Below, piece by piece: positions 37,073 to 50,370 of a DNA stretch of 64,000 bases. Position numbers and translations under genes: made by a program. Position 1 is the first letter of the stretch; each line of letters opens with the position of its first letter. This stretch comes from Dendrobates tinctorius. Lineage: Eukaryota. The DNA lies in assembly GCF_039654945.1 (NCBI RefSeq), contig NW_027361706.1, positions 21,824,001 to 21,888,000 on the forward strand, written 5' to 3'. Under the pieces are notes generated by a model that was not told the DNA's origin, ran no database searches, and was given only the letters and a program-made list of their open reading frames with translations.

Positions 37073-37308
37073 ACATAAGAGTTGCTTTGTTCATAGGCCC
37101 ACAGCTTAAAAATACAGGTGACTTCTTTTCTTTTTTTCTCAAAGTGCCCAGCTATATAGGAACGTGCAAAGAGCTAAAATGGCCTATACAGTAATTTTAT
37201 TTTTATTTTTTGAAAGTCAAGTTTTACGTTAGTTTGCACTCTCATAAATGTGATATGGTCGTGTGATATCGCTGTTTATTGTTCATTTTACCACCTCCGT
37301 TTTTCCAG

Positions 37309-37421
37309 ATTTCGCAGGATCAGGTGATGATGTCTCACAGTCCTCTGCGCACCTTCAGACAGTATCACGATAAATGTGTCTTGGTGTCGGGACAAGGACC
37401 CGTTCTGGATATTGCAAAGTA
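37309..37421 (+). CDS. HDHD5: HDHD5-like exon 3
   Basis: ISQDQVMMSHSPLRTFRQYHDKCVLVSGQGPVLDIAK; ends at U12 donor |GTATCCTTT. Confidence 0.95.
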
Positions 37422-39210
37422 GTATCCTTTCTATTGTGATATCACATGAGAAAATTAGATTGAGTTGGTTTTACTGGTTGGCCACAATACCTCGTAAATG
37501 GTGGTAGTTTCCTGCTAGTTCTGGAGACAGATATTTTATTTGGAGAATTTTGTCATCCCTAGGGACAAGCACAGTTTTCAGTGATCTTAAGATCTACTAT
37601 GTGTACTCACCAGACGTCCTGTTCTATTAAAAGGTTGTTTTCAAGATCCCTGAATCATCAGGAGCACACTGCTCCCCTGCTGCCTCCTGGCTTCCTGCTG
37701 GCCTGGGAGCATTGTGCTCCTGAAGATTGACAGTTCGGAGTAACCATATGGCTGAGCTGTTGGCCGGTATTGTGTCCTCTCCAGTGCTGCTAGTAGGGTA
37801 GGCATCGTTGACCAGATCCAACGACCCAGCCAGCTTCAGAGCTGTGCTCATTGCCTGGGATACTGGCCACCTCTGATAGGCTGCACAGGTGGCCAGTAAC
37901 CTATGCAGAAAGTAGCAAATAGTGATGAGCGAACATGCTTGGATAAGGTGTTATGTGAGCATGCTTGGGTGCTAACAGTGACTTCGGCATGCTTGAATAC
38001 TATGTCCGAATCCCCGCGGCTGCATGTCTTGTGGCTGTCTTACCGCCGCGAGACAGGGGCACGTGTACATTTTTTCTGTATCCCTTTTAATATGATCACC
38101 CCCACCCCTACATTCAGTACAAAGCTAGACCTATCCGAGAATCTGACATCTGTTGAACATCCGTCCACAGCTCTGACGTCATGGTTGGCCTGCTGAAAGA
38201 CTATTTGCTATATAGTTTCTCTTATGGCAAACTCTGTAGTCATTGTTTGACCCTGACCTCAGGGGACTACTTTAGAGACATTTAGGGTCCGTAATGCTTT
38301 AAAACCTTTGGTGCCTGCAGGTTATGCCAAGATTCTCCCATTGGGACCTGCATCTTATCTGGAGAGCAGGACCTTATTGTGGACCATCAAGAATGGAGAG
38401 GAGTTGGCCACCAATGTGTCTGTCTTCATTCACTGGTATGGGAGTTTTGAAAATTGTCAGGCAAGTGAGCTCAGAAACTTTCTGGTTAATGGAGAGAGCT
38501 GTGCATGTGTGGACACACCTTCACTGACAACGGAGCATGATGGGTCCCTGTTCTCCAAAAAGACCTAGGACCTTCAAGTATTGTCTGGATTCAGGCCACC
38601 ACAACATCTGCCACTGGTCATAGACCACCTTGCCTGCTTTATGAAGAACTGTTCTTTATACCCAAACTGATTCTTGGCCTGCAGAAGTTTAAGATTGCCC
38701 TAAAATGATCCTAACCGCCAATGATAGAAGCAGAGTGTTTGGGAGATGACCTGTATACCCATGGATGATGTCCTCTTCCAAACTCACACTAATCCTCCTA
38801 TGGCTCTCCAGAGTTGGCGGTGTAGACTGCTGAGCAAGTACTGACATGGAGACAGTCACGGGTCAGTCTCTGATCTAGATTTCCCGGGTAATAATCTCAC
38901 TTTAAGTCCTAAACAAATGAGGATAATCTTTTTCTAGTGAACATTTACAAGAAGTGGTAAACTCCAGCTGCAATGGTCCTTGTGTCTCCAAACTTTAGAG
39001 TTCAAGTGGGTGGAGGAGGACAAGGTTCAAGACTTTCTAAATCAATTCTTGGAGGACTCCTCCATCACTGCCATCATCTGTACTCCAAAGGAGTATGTTC
39101 CGATGTCAATTTAGGTAAAGCAAGGCAAATAGACTGGGGAAACTCGGGGTTTGGAAGCCACTTGCATCTGTTTTTTTGTCTTCATTCATTTTCCTTAATC
39201 TAGCATTCAG
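37422..39210 (+). other. U12-type (minor spliceosome) GT-AG intron
   Basis: 5'ss GTATCCTTT; branch site TTCCTTAAT at 39191-39199, ~12 nt before CAG; frame continuity TA|T = Tyr. Confidence 0.93.
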
Positions 39211-39304
39211 TTTAGGATTTTCGAATCCTATCACAATAGACTCTGTGCGGGAGTCTTACCCCTTCCTGGACATGGTGGACCATAGGAGACGACCTAAAAT
39301 TCTG
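39211..39304 (+). CDS. HDHD5: HDHD5-like exon 4
   Basis: (Y)LGFSNPITIDSVRESYPFLDMVDHRRRPKIL|GTAAAT. Confidence 0.93.
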
Positions 39305-39600
39305 GTAAATGTTGAGCATTTCTATTTTTCACCTTTTGGATGATGAATTGTTCATACCGTTCTCCTCCACGTGTGTTTGTCTCTACCTTCTTACATTGCC
39401 ATTTAGTTTTCCGTGTCGTTGTGACCTAGTGCCAGCCGGATTATCAGCTTCGGACATAATTCCGGTTCCCCTCGGGCTGTGACCTTTAACTTTAGCCATA
39501 AAACCTGTTCTGTTTTGTGTGTAAAAAGTTTTTAATAACGTTTAACCAGTTCATGAGAAGTAACTTTGCCGTAATGTCTCTTGTGTTTTGTCTTTTAAAG

Positions 39601-39634
39601 CCATCTACAGCGGTGGAGCTTCCAAAAATAGAAG
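39601..39634 (+). CDS. HDHD5: HDHD5-like exon 5 (34 nt)
   Basis: ttttaaAG|PSTAVELPKIE G|GTATGC; needed to connect phase 0 to phase 1. Confidence 0.9.
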
Positions 39635-40639
39635 GTATGCTATTCTTGTATCTTTCTTTTGTTTTGTTTTTGTTTTTTTCCATTGGAAAGTCAGAGTGCG
39701 CTTACTGAAGGATTCTCCGTTAATTCATTCTGCAGTCAGCAGTAGACAGTGCAACACAGAGGCCATAAAAGGCAAACGGGGCAGAATTTGTAATTAAACC
39801 CAATAATAAAAAATATAATTTTAGCCCAAACCCTATCCATATCCTCCTGATATCGGACACATATTATCTTGATTATAATGATCCCTCATGGTTAATGTTT
39901 GGTGGGAACGACAGAGCTGCACAAGAAGCCGGGTTATTTTAGACTTTTAAAACATTATTATTCTCTGAGGTTGGTCTGTTACCAGAATCATTACTTCTGT
40001 TGTCCTCAGCGAGACAGAAAATACGTAAAATTGTGTAAATGACAGGATGGATAGACATGGTAATGATGTAAAAAAATGGAAACAAAATAAAAAAAACAAA
40101 AAACTATTCAGTGAGGAGTGAGAAACACATGCAGAAATCCCTGCACTTAGATTTGGTTGCTATCAGTGAGGATATGGAAGGTTCTGCCACACTGAATGCA
40201 CTTGGGCAAATCATCAAGATCCACATCTGGCAGCTCCTTTTGCAATTACTGACCAATGAAGTCCCAGATGCATTTGAGAGATGAGTTCGGAGACCCTGCA
40301 GGCCATAGTAACATGATCAGTGGACACAGGATGCTCCTAGCAGCACGAGCAAAATGCAGCCTAAGATCGGTGGTGGGAAGTGAGTGGAGCACCTGTAGCT
40401 GGACGTCTGGCTCATAAACTGCTTCTGATGGTTTGTGTGAACACTGTTCGATATCCCATGCTTGGTATGTGACGTCCAATTTGACTTGCAGTACAGAATG
40501 GATCATTCATAGAACCAGTAGAACGGCCTCTTCTCCAAAGTGTCCCAGGAGCCTTTTTTATTTTTTGGTTTTATTTTTTCAACAACATAACTTATGGTCG
40601 CATGTCGCTGGTCCTGCTGTGAGCAACCTGCATGGCATA

Positions 40640-41019
40640 AGGTACCGTCACATTTAACGATGCACCAGCAATCCCGACCGCGATACGACCCGGTCAGGAT
40701 CGCTGGTGCATCGCTAAATGGTCGCTAGTGAGCTGCCAAACAGGCAGATCTCACCAGCGATGCAGCAGCGGTCGTTACTTACCTGTCAGACGCGGCAATG
40801 AAGAAGTCCTCCCGCACGCGTCACTCGTCGGCGCCAGCAGGAAGTGGCCGACAAGAAACTGCCCTGGACGTTCTCGCGCGATCAGCGATAGACAGCGGGG
40901 GAGCCGGTCGGAGGTAAGTATCACACTTAGCGATATCGCTAGCAATATCGCTGCTGCGTCACAAACTCGGTGACGCTTAAGCGATATCGCTAGCGATCTC
41001 GCTTAGTGTGACGGGGCCT
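40640..41019. mobile_element. Harbinger-type MITE inserted in a Tc1 remnant
   Basis: Same family as 15954-16331; flanked by a Tc1 SPDLSPIEHIWD fragment. Confidence 0.75.
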
Positions 41020-41230
41020 TTAAACATGCTACCATCCACTACAGCGTCTCCAGACTTGTCTCCCATTGAGCACATCTGGGACATCATTCATCCACAATTG
41101 CAAAGGCAGCTGCCAGCAGTGGATCTTGACTATTCAGTTCCAATTTTTAGGCTTATACAATTATTTTTTTACCATACAATCGTGCATAATTATTAATTCT
41201 AGGTTATGTGTTGCATTCTTCCTCTTTCAG

Positions 41231-41405
41231 CGGTGATTCTTTTTGGAGAGCCTATTAGATGGGAAACCAACCTTCAGATAATCATCGATGTTTTACTGAC
41301 TGGTGGTCACCCCGCCAACCCCCATCAACCTGACAATAATCCACACATCCCTCTGCTGGCTTGTAATATGGATCTGATGTGGATGGCTGATGCCCGATCT
41401 CCCAG
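41231..41405 (+). CDS. HDHD5: HDHD5-like exon 6
   Basis: AVILFGEPIRWETNLQIIIDVLLTGG...LLACNMDLMWMADARSP(R); ends at GC donor CAG|GCAAGA. Confidence 0.95.
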
Positions 41406-41426
41406 GCAAGAGCTTTACCAATTATA

Positions 41427-42629
41427 AATAACCAAGAAGAAAAAATGGATGCAAGAGCAAATAATTGAAAAAATAAATATATTCAATTTTTATTACTAAT
41501 TATACATAAATGACAAACAAAAATGCAGGATGAAAAATTCCTATAGTAAAAAAGGGAAATGGCGACACCCAAGTGCCACATCCAATATGGTTGGTATGCT
41601 AATTAATAATTGTGCCAAAACAGGTTACAAGCAAAGTTAATCCAAAGAAAGTACTTAGAATTATATACATACTAGCTTGGCCCGTGCAAAATTTTTGCAC
41701 ATTGGTCATCAGGGGTGCAGGCAATTTCAGAAAAAGCAAACTGGTGAAATGTAAATGTATTTCATGAGCTGATGAACACAGGTATTTATATATGTAGATT
41801 GGTAATACAATAAATTGTTTTGATAAGTAGAGGCCAAAAAATGTTTTCCGGTTGAGGTGCCTCCTGCAGGTCATTGTGTCTTTCTGCAGGTTTATGAAAA
41901 TGAATGTTTAAACTGTATTTAGTGATAAAATCGTGGATATGTGGTTTGTTTGGCTATTTTCTTGCTGAAGGGGGCAACTTTACCTTTCAAATGGTGTATC
42001 GTGTATGTGTGTGGGGCGAAGTAATCAGCGAAAAAGCAGTGCATGTTTGCAAATGTGTTGGTAGTGTGCTTTGGGGTACTGTGGTGCCACCTGCAGGTCA
42101 TTTTTCCTTATTGCAGGTTTATGAAAATGAATGTTTAAACTGTATTTTGTGATCAAATCATGGATGTGTGGTTTGTTTGGCTATTTTCTTGCTGAAGGGG
42201 GCAAGTTTACCGTTCAAATGGTGTATCATTTGTGTGTGTGGGTGCAGTATGAACGGGGATACAAAGGAAGCACCGAAAAACAGTGCCTAGAAATAATAGA
42301 ATAGATAATAGTGCACAGTAAAAGCAATCATAAAAACCTCTTTCGGTATAACGTAAACAAAATATATAAAGTGACAAGTGCATCAACGTGGTCATATCAG
42401 ACCTACGAATAAATAAAGGAAACCATTTATAATACAAAAATGTGCAAAACAGTCTAGTGCAATTGAAAAAGCAGTGACCATGGAAAGATGCAAGATCCTG
42501 ATAGGTATAAAAGCCAAGTGGTCAGCAGGCATACAGAAAATAGAGGAACCAACCTTGATAAAGACGTGGAGAGAGGGACCCCAATGCTCGTTTCGCAATC
42601 GTGCTTCTTCTGGGGGCGTAGTCAATTTG
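41427..42629 (-). mobile_element. Penelope-like retroelement-derived insertion
   Basis: 10-bp direct repeat ACCAATTATA (41417-41426, 42630-42639); hammerhead-like motif at its minus-strand 5' end; internal duplication ~41865-42010 / 42085-42240. Confidence 0.6.
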
Positions 42630-42864
42630 ACCAATTATAGTTAGTTACTTTCTGTGATTGTTTTATCAAACTCTATAGGGGGTTGTCTAACTATACTTGG
42701 GCAATGAAAACCTCCTGGGCCATCTTATCACAAGGCGTCTCTTCTACAACTCTTGTTTCTCACCCCAGGCACTGCTGTAGGACATTGCATGATTCCCAAG
42801 TCCCCAATGAGGAGTCTACAAAAAGAGTGTTTTTGGTACTCTCCCATAAAAATCTACCTTGTAG

Positions 42865-43293
<429 letters not shown>

Positions 43294-43769
43294 TAATTAC
43301 CTATGTAAATGCTATTCTGCTTCACAGTGTCACTATTCCATCTAGATTGGGGGGGGGGGCGACCAAATGGTCATTTATCATTTACTTGCCCAAGACAAAG
43401 CGGTGGCCATGTCATGAGCCTTTTTTTTAAATTTCTTGGAGTGAATGGAGCTGCCCCTGCGAGAAACCAATTGGCGCCTGGCTGCCTGGTTACAACACTT
43501 AGTATTGCTTGGGACACGTCGTGTAAAGATGTTGTGGAATAAATAATTTTGGTGCTTTCTACTTGGGAAAGATGAAACCAATATGTCGAAAATATATCGC
43601 TTTACAGTGTCAGTGGGGGGGGGGGTGTAATCATTGCAAGTCATGACTACAAAGGACGCCTACTGCCGATCACTATGATAACGTGCAGGCTAATGCTGCA
43701 GATTAATGAAGCCTCTATTTGGCCCCGAAAAATACAAAATTCATGAATTGCTTACATCACTACACCCAG

Positions 43770-44290
43770 CAACCCCCAGTGGCTGGCATACAGCTTTTGG
43801 TTGCCCCCAGTGGCTGGCTGGCAGGCAGCTTTTGGTTGCCCCCCCCCCACCCAGTGGTTGGCATGCAGCTTTTGGTTGCCCACCCCTCCCCTGTAGTTGG
43901 TTGGCAGTCTGGCAGGCAGCTTTTGGTTGCCCACCCCTTCCCTGTAGTTGGTTGGCATGCAGCTTTTGGTTACCCACCCCTCCCCTGTAGTTGGTTGGCA
44001 GTCTGGCAGGCAGCTTTTGGTTGCCCCCAGTGGCTGGCTGGCATGCAGCTTTTGGTTGCTCACCCCTCCCCTGTAGTTGGTTGACATGCAGCTTTTGGTT
44101 GACCCCCAAGGGGTTTGTTTGACTGGCAGGCATGCAGCTTTTGTTTTCCCCCCTAACCCCAGCGGTTGGCATGCAACATTTGGTTGCCCCCCCCCCCTCA
44201 GTGGCTGGCTGGTTGGCTGACATGCAGCTCTTGGTTGCGTGCCCCCCCCCCCCCCCCTCCAGTAGTAGTTGGCTGGCTGGCATGCAGCGT
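43770..44290. repeat. Degenerate minisatellite in HDHD5-like intron 7
   Basis: Recurrent GCATGCAGCTTTTGGTTGCCCACCCCTCCCCTGTAGTTGGTTG units. Confidence 0.9.
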
Positions 44291-44358
44291 TGTGCGCATA
44301 TTGTTACAGGAGTCTGAATGTTAAGTTATAAACGTCTTTCCTGGTTTCTATTCTGCAG

Positions 44359-44761
44359 GGACAACTTAATGACTGATATCTATGGTGCTAACCTCTACAA
44401 CCGCTACCTTCAGAGCAGGAACTCCAGACAAGGCTCCAAGACGTTGGTACAAGCCGGCTCCGGAGGCCGGGTAGCCACAGTGCCTCAGGAGGCGGAGGCA
44501 GCTTGGGAAAGTGAGCTGGACTTCCCCAGCGCTACTCAGTGTAAGTCCGTCCTTGTCTGCACCGGGATCTACAATCCTCATGCCGAAGTGCCTGCCGATC
44601 CATCACAGTCCGTTACCGAAACAGTGTTTCACGGTCATCGGGATTTCAGGATTGATCCCGCCTTGGTGGAGCCAGATCACATCGTCCCTGACGTTAATGC
44701 TGCTGTTGACCTGATCTTCCAGTTAGAAATCTTTGTGCCAACCAGTAATAACAGGACATAA
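44359..44761 (+). CDS. HDHD5: HDHD5-like last exon
   Basis: (G)DNLMTDIYGANLY (HAD motif IV), SVLVCTGIY, VFHGHRDF; stop at 44759-44761; joined CDS 1326 nt = 441 aa. Confidence 0.96.
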
Positions 44762-44976
44762 TAGAGATTTCTTTATAATTCTATATATCAGGATATAACC
44801 CAGTAAACCTCAGTTTCGTTTTTTTTCCTGCACTTTACCAGTTCCCAACTCGTATCTTTTTTCCTTTTTTTTTTTTTTTTTTTCTACTCCTTTTCAATAA
44901 CCATATTTGGGCAAGTTTTTAAGACCTTTTTTTTTTTTTATTTATATTGTTACCTGCAATAGTAGGTAGACTGTAC

Positions 44977-44982
44977 AATAAA
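44977..44982 (+). terminator. Probable polyadenylation signal of the HDHD5-like gene
   Basis: AATAAA 216 nt after the stop, preceded by TGTA. Confidence 0.6.
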
Positions 44983-45451
44983 AGTTACCAGAACACTGCA
45001 CACAAGGTGAGGGTCTGTGGATAGGATTATGTGCTTTATTCCGTTAGTATATAGATGATATGTGACTAAGGGCGGCTTACAGGGATACTTCATCCACTAG
45101 GATTATTGGCTGTGTAGTCTCCCGACCTGTATTCGCCACTCACTTGCTTTTTTTTTTTTATTTGCTAGTAATAGGAATGAAATATTGGGCAATTGCATTC
45201 TGTTTTATTAATTCCCTGCTCTTGCCATAATTGGAAAATACTAGATTAGTGTCTAACATGTTGACCAAGCTAAAGGGAGACCATAAGGATCTGGAGACCA
45301 TAAGGAACTGATTTCCTCGCATCTTGCCTGCTATAGCTGTAAATTTACACTCTTTGAGAAAGTATTGGGGCATTTCAGAAAAACTCTCAAATATTTGAAA
45401 TATTTGAGATACATAGAGTATTTTTTTTTTCTTTTGCTCAAATAGATTAAC

Positions 45452-46918
45452 AGGAATCTGTCACCAGATTTTTGCTATCGTATCTAAGAGCTGCATGAGA
45501 TGGGGACAAATGCCCTAATTCCAGCAATGTGTCACTTACTAGTCTGCTTGATACAGTTTTTATACAATCCTTGTTTTGTCTGCTGATCTAGGAGTGCTAA
45601 GCTCTGTATAACCCCGCCCACAACCTCGATTGGCAGCTTCCGATGTACATTGTCAGACAGCTGCAAATCGCAGATGGGGGCGTGGTTACACAGATTGCCT
45701 AGATTGTCTGGCACATGACACCTAGTCCCCTGCAGTGATAATCTCCTGCTATAAAACTGATTGTATTGAAACTACACACCGCAACCTAATAAGTGACCTA
45801 TCCCTGGAATCTGGCTCTTAGCCACTATATCATACTGCTCTCAGATAACCGTATATACTCCTGTATAAGCCGTCCCCCCTTATTTTGCCACAAAAAAAAT
45901 GGGAAAACTTATTGACTCGCGTATAAGCCTAGGGTGGAAAATGCAGCAGCTACTGGTAAATTAAAAAATGGATACCAATAAAATTAATTGAGACATCAGT
46001 AGGTTAAATGTTTATGAATATCCATATTGAATCAGGAGCCCCATATAATGCTCCATACAGCTCATGATGGGCCCCATAATATGCTCCATACAAAATACAC
46101 CCCATATAATGCACAAAGGTTAATAATGCCCCATATGATGCTCCATAGAATAATATGCCCCATATAGTGCTCCATAAAGGTAATGGCTCCACAGAATATG
46201 CCCCCATATGCTGCTCCACAGAATATGCCCCCATATGCTGCTCCACAGAATATGCCCTCATATGCTGCTCCATATATTATGCCCCCATATGCTGCTCCAT
46301 ATATTATGCCCGCCATATGCTGCTGCAAAAAATGCCATACTCGCCTCTCCTGCTCAGGACCCGGCACCTGAGATATTCACCTGTCCCTGGTTCATGCTGC
46401 TCACCGCTGTCTGCCACGTCGTCTGTCAGTGACGTTAAGGCAGCAGAGGGCACAGCGCCCTCTGCTGGCTAAACGTCACTGACACAGGACTCCGCAGACA
46501 GCGGTGAGCAGCATGGACCGGGGACAGGTGATTATCGCTATACTTACCCCCCAGCAGGTCTCTGCAGCCCCCCCCCCAGCCCGCTTCTCCCGGTCTCCCT
46601 TCCTGCCTTCAGTGGTCACGTGGTACTGCTCATTACGCCCATGAATATGCGCATATTCATGAGTTTAAAGAGCTGAACCACGTGACCGCTGAAGACAGGA
46701 AGGGAGACCGTGGAGAGGCGGGGGGGGCTGCAGCGACCGAGCCAGGGGGTAAGTATGATTCTGTAACACCCCCGCTCCCCCTCCCTCGCCGAACCCCCCG
46801 GTGTATAACTCGTGTATAAGCCGAGAGGGGGACTTTCAGCCCAAAAAAATGGGCTGAAAATCTCGGCTTATACACGAGTATATACGGTAAATAGGAAAAA
46901 CCTGCTGACGGATTCCCT
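45452..46918. mobile_element. Kolobok/T2-type MITE interrupted by a pogo-like element
   Basis: TTAA|CAGGAATCTGTCA ... TGACGGATTCCCT|TTAA. Confidence 0.7.
45849..46887. mobile_element. pogo/Tc2-like non-autonomous element with an internal minisatellite and two hairpins
   Basis: TIR CCGTATATACTC..GTATAAGCCG / CGGCTTATACACGAGTATATACGG|TA; CCCCATATGCTGCTCCA repeats at ~46040-46325. Confidence 0.82.
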
Positions 46919-46998
46919 TTAAAATATTCTACTGTGTATTCATCTCTTTTGCATTGCATACCTGCGTCTCTTGGGCTATAGACTATACATTTTGTGTA

Positions 46999-47914
46999 TA
47001 CAAAAACACATGGAGTAAAGACCTCCACCAAAAATAATAATAAAATTATTTTTATTCTCAAAAATTCATAATTTTGACAAAAAATACATAAAGACAGGTC
47101 ACATGATTAAAGAGCTCCATATGATGAAGGATTCACGTGCAGAAAAAACACACATGCAGCAATACTAAGAGCAAAAAGGGTAAAAGGTATGTATAATGGA
47201 TATACAAGGATAAATAAAGTGCCAATGCTTCAAGTCTTAAAAATATCCAAAAAATCCCACAAAGTGACCCCCTCACAGTAATAAACTGTCACAGCATAAT
47301 AGCTCAAAATCTTAGTTTGGAGGCCACATATTGAAAACCTGTTCAAAACCGCTTACCCATAGCTGATCAGTATGGCACACGTGTAGCCCCCCGACGCCCA
47401 CGCGAAACGCGCGTAGGGGCTACACGTGTGGCATACTGATCAGCTATGGGTAAGCGGTTTTGAACAGGTTTTCAATATGTGGCCTCCAAACTAAGATTTT
47501 GAGCTATTATTCTGTGACAGTTTATTACTGTGAGGGGGTCACTTTGTGGGATTTTTTGGATATTTTTAAGAAAGACTTGAAGCATTGGCACTTTATTTAT
47601 CCTTGTATATCCATTATACATACCTTTTACCCTTTTTTCTCTTAGTATTGCTGCATGTGTGTTTTTTCTGCACCTGAATCCTTCATCATATGGAGCTCTT
47701 TAATCATGTGACCCGTCTTTATGTATTTTTTGTCTACATTATGAATTTTTGAGAATAAAAATAATTTTATTATTTTTGGTGGATGTCTTTACTTCATGTG
47801 TTTTTGTATACAAGGTATTGGGAGTTATTCCACAGCTAGTGCATGTTATGGGGTGGCCACCACGGGTCAGGGCCACCTGTAATCATATGTTCACTGCCCT
47901 TGAAATCTTGTTTG
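46999..47914 (+). mobile_element. Penelope-like insertion with inverted pLTR arms (~820-bp palindrome)
   Basis: 16-bp TSD CTATACATTTTGTGTA (46983-46998, 47915-47930); arms ~46995-47390 / 47416-47812; centre GCGAAACGCGCGTAGGGG. Confidence 0.75.
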
Positions 47915-49852
47915 CTATACATTTTGTGTAGTCTCATCCGGCAAAGGTTTACTCCCTTCTATCTGTCCTATAATGGTGGAAAAGGAGCAGATGGAAGGAA
48001 ATAACATTACTACATGTTGCCCTACACAGGAAAACATTCACAGGTCCAGTGAGACATGGAAAGTCTGTGGCCAGAGCCCTGCGAACCCCGTCCTACCTGT
48101 AGGCATCTCCAATAGCTCTTCTAATAATTAGGAGAGGTGCAATAACGCGCGGCATGGTGCCACCAAGATGACCGGTGAGGCTGATGCCAGCAAATAGGAG
48201 GAGGTTTTCAGAGGTTTTGGGCCAAAATGGCCACTCGACCAGGGTCCTGTATATCTTTATTACAAATATCCTAGAAAGTTTGCAGAGTTGGGCATAAAGA
48301 TTCTTCTAGTTACTGTATCTTTTTATAGGTGCATTGGCAACATAGCAGAAATGGCCACAATGATGACCTTGCCCAATGATGGGCGCAATAGTGGATGTGC
48401 CAAATACTGGGTATGGATATCATGGATTTAGAATTTGCAATACTGCATGGTCAATCTTCCAGCTGGACGGTCGGCCAATATTTTATGCACAAACGCACTG
48501 GTGGCCTATGGAAACTCTTAGTCCATAGTCGCCGGTGTGCAATATACCAAGGTGGTGCTGGATATCTCTTCACTGTGTAGAAACAGAGCTGCTTCTGCTC
48601 CACAGCAGGATTTTATGACGTCGTAGGATACGGACATGTTTCAGTGCAATATTTCACGTAAATATTTTATGCAACATTTTCACTATTTTTATAGGGCATT
48701 TTAAATGATACTGAAACATTTTGTCGTTTTTTTTCTTTTACTGTATCTCTGACATAATAATGGGCAACACATGCCCAGGTTGTGACTTGAATTATTTTTG
48801 TTGCCTGCCTTTTGTTTGGTGCATGTTTGTTAATAAGCAAAATCCATGATGTATATCATCTTTTTGAGTCTGTTACAGAATATTCTCACCATACGGTTGT
48901 AATAAATGTGTCTTATACAAATACTGTTTTTGTTTTTTTCCACCCTCTTCTGTCTCAACTCTTTGGAAAAGATGTCTCTAAACGCCGTCATACACATTAG
49001 ACTAAAGTGGGACCGAACCCAAGGATTATCTAATGTGTATGGATGGGCCAAGCTATGAAAATAAAAACCCTATGGGTGCTCATCAATAGTCTATAGCATC
49101 CTATCCCCAGGTAATTTTCAAGATGATTTGTGATAAATTGATGGCTGAGAATTGGGAATCATGAGGAAGCAGCCATCATTTAGAGTCCTCCCACGAGGAG
49201 CACATCTCTGCCGAGCTTTACAGGAAAGTTATGGAGGCTTACTGGGAAAGAAGATCACTTATAAGAGGTCTATCAACGTAAAAAAACAAAAGCTACATAC
49301 AGGCAGCCATACATCTAAAATAAGATATTCTCACCCTTTTACCGCCCATCATTACACTGGATTTATAGCCCGTCAATGGATCTGAATACACATTTCACAC
49401 AGAAGCAGATATGTGGTTTTGTTGGAATGAATTGTTACAAATGTCACATGATAAATTGACCCACATAAGCTGTAACAGTATCCTCGTCTGTATTACACCA
49501 CCACAGAACAGGACTTGGATCAGTACATGATTCTACGTTGGCCAAAGTCCAGTTCTGCAGGCGTGAAGGATGTCTGGGTGTTCTGGCTACAAGACAGATG
49601 ATCAACTGCTTTTTCTATAACGCATCATTCATACATAACTTTTTTTTTTTTTTCACTTTTGTATCCATCAGTGTACAATCTACTGAGTTTTGGGGTGCCA
49701 GTTAATAATAATTAACATGAGCTACTAGATCTTTTAAAGAGGATTTATTACAAATAAGGTATTTACAATGAAATACATAAAAGAAGCCTTCTTAAGGTAC
49801 CAGGAAGGGGAAAAGGTAATGGAAGAGGGTGGTGGATGTTGGGCGGTGCCTA

Positions 49853-50370
49853 AAGCCCTTGTCACACAGAGCGATCAGCCCCCCTGCCGGGTATCGCTGA
49901 TCGTGCTCGAATGGCCTGGACGTTTTTTTGATCGTGGTCTCCCGCTGGCCAGCACACATTGCTGCGTGTGGCAGGCGGGAGACCAGCGAGCTGGAGCTGG
50001 TAACCAAGGAAAACATTGGGTCTCTAAGCACTGCGCGGCGCTTAGAAACCCGATGTGTATGTTAGATACTAGTGAGCTGGTGCAGGGAGCTGGTAACAAA
50101 GGTAAACCGCGGGTTTCTAAGCGCGGTGCTTAGAAACCCGATGTGTACCTTGGTTACAGGCTCCCTCCACCAGCGCGCTGGTATTTTAACGTACACTGCG
50201 GGTAACTAAGCGACATGTTTTGCTTGTTACCCGCGTGTCGCTGTCCTGATCGCTGCTGAGATCTGCCTGTTTGACAGCTCACCAGCGATCATGTAGTGAC
50301 ACACCAGCGATCCTGACAAGGTCATATCGTTGTCGGGATCGCTGGTGAGTCGCAATGTGTGACGGGGCCC
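49853..50370. mobile_element. Harbinger-type MITE (AGCGAT family variant)
   Basis: AAGCCCTTGTCACAC ... GTGTGACGGGGCCC ends; shared internal sequence with 15954-16331. Confidence 0.7.

Noticed and set aside
38200-39130. Possible Gypsy pol remnant on the minus strand (QARWS-like motif at ~38620)
   Set aside because: Only one short motif is recognisable; too degenerate to delimit.
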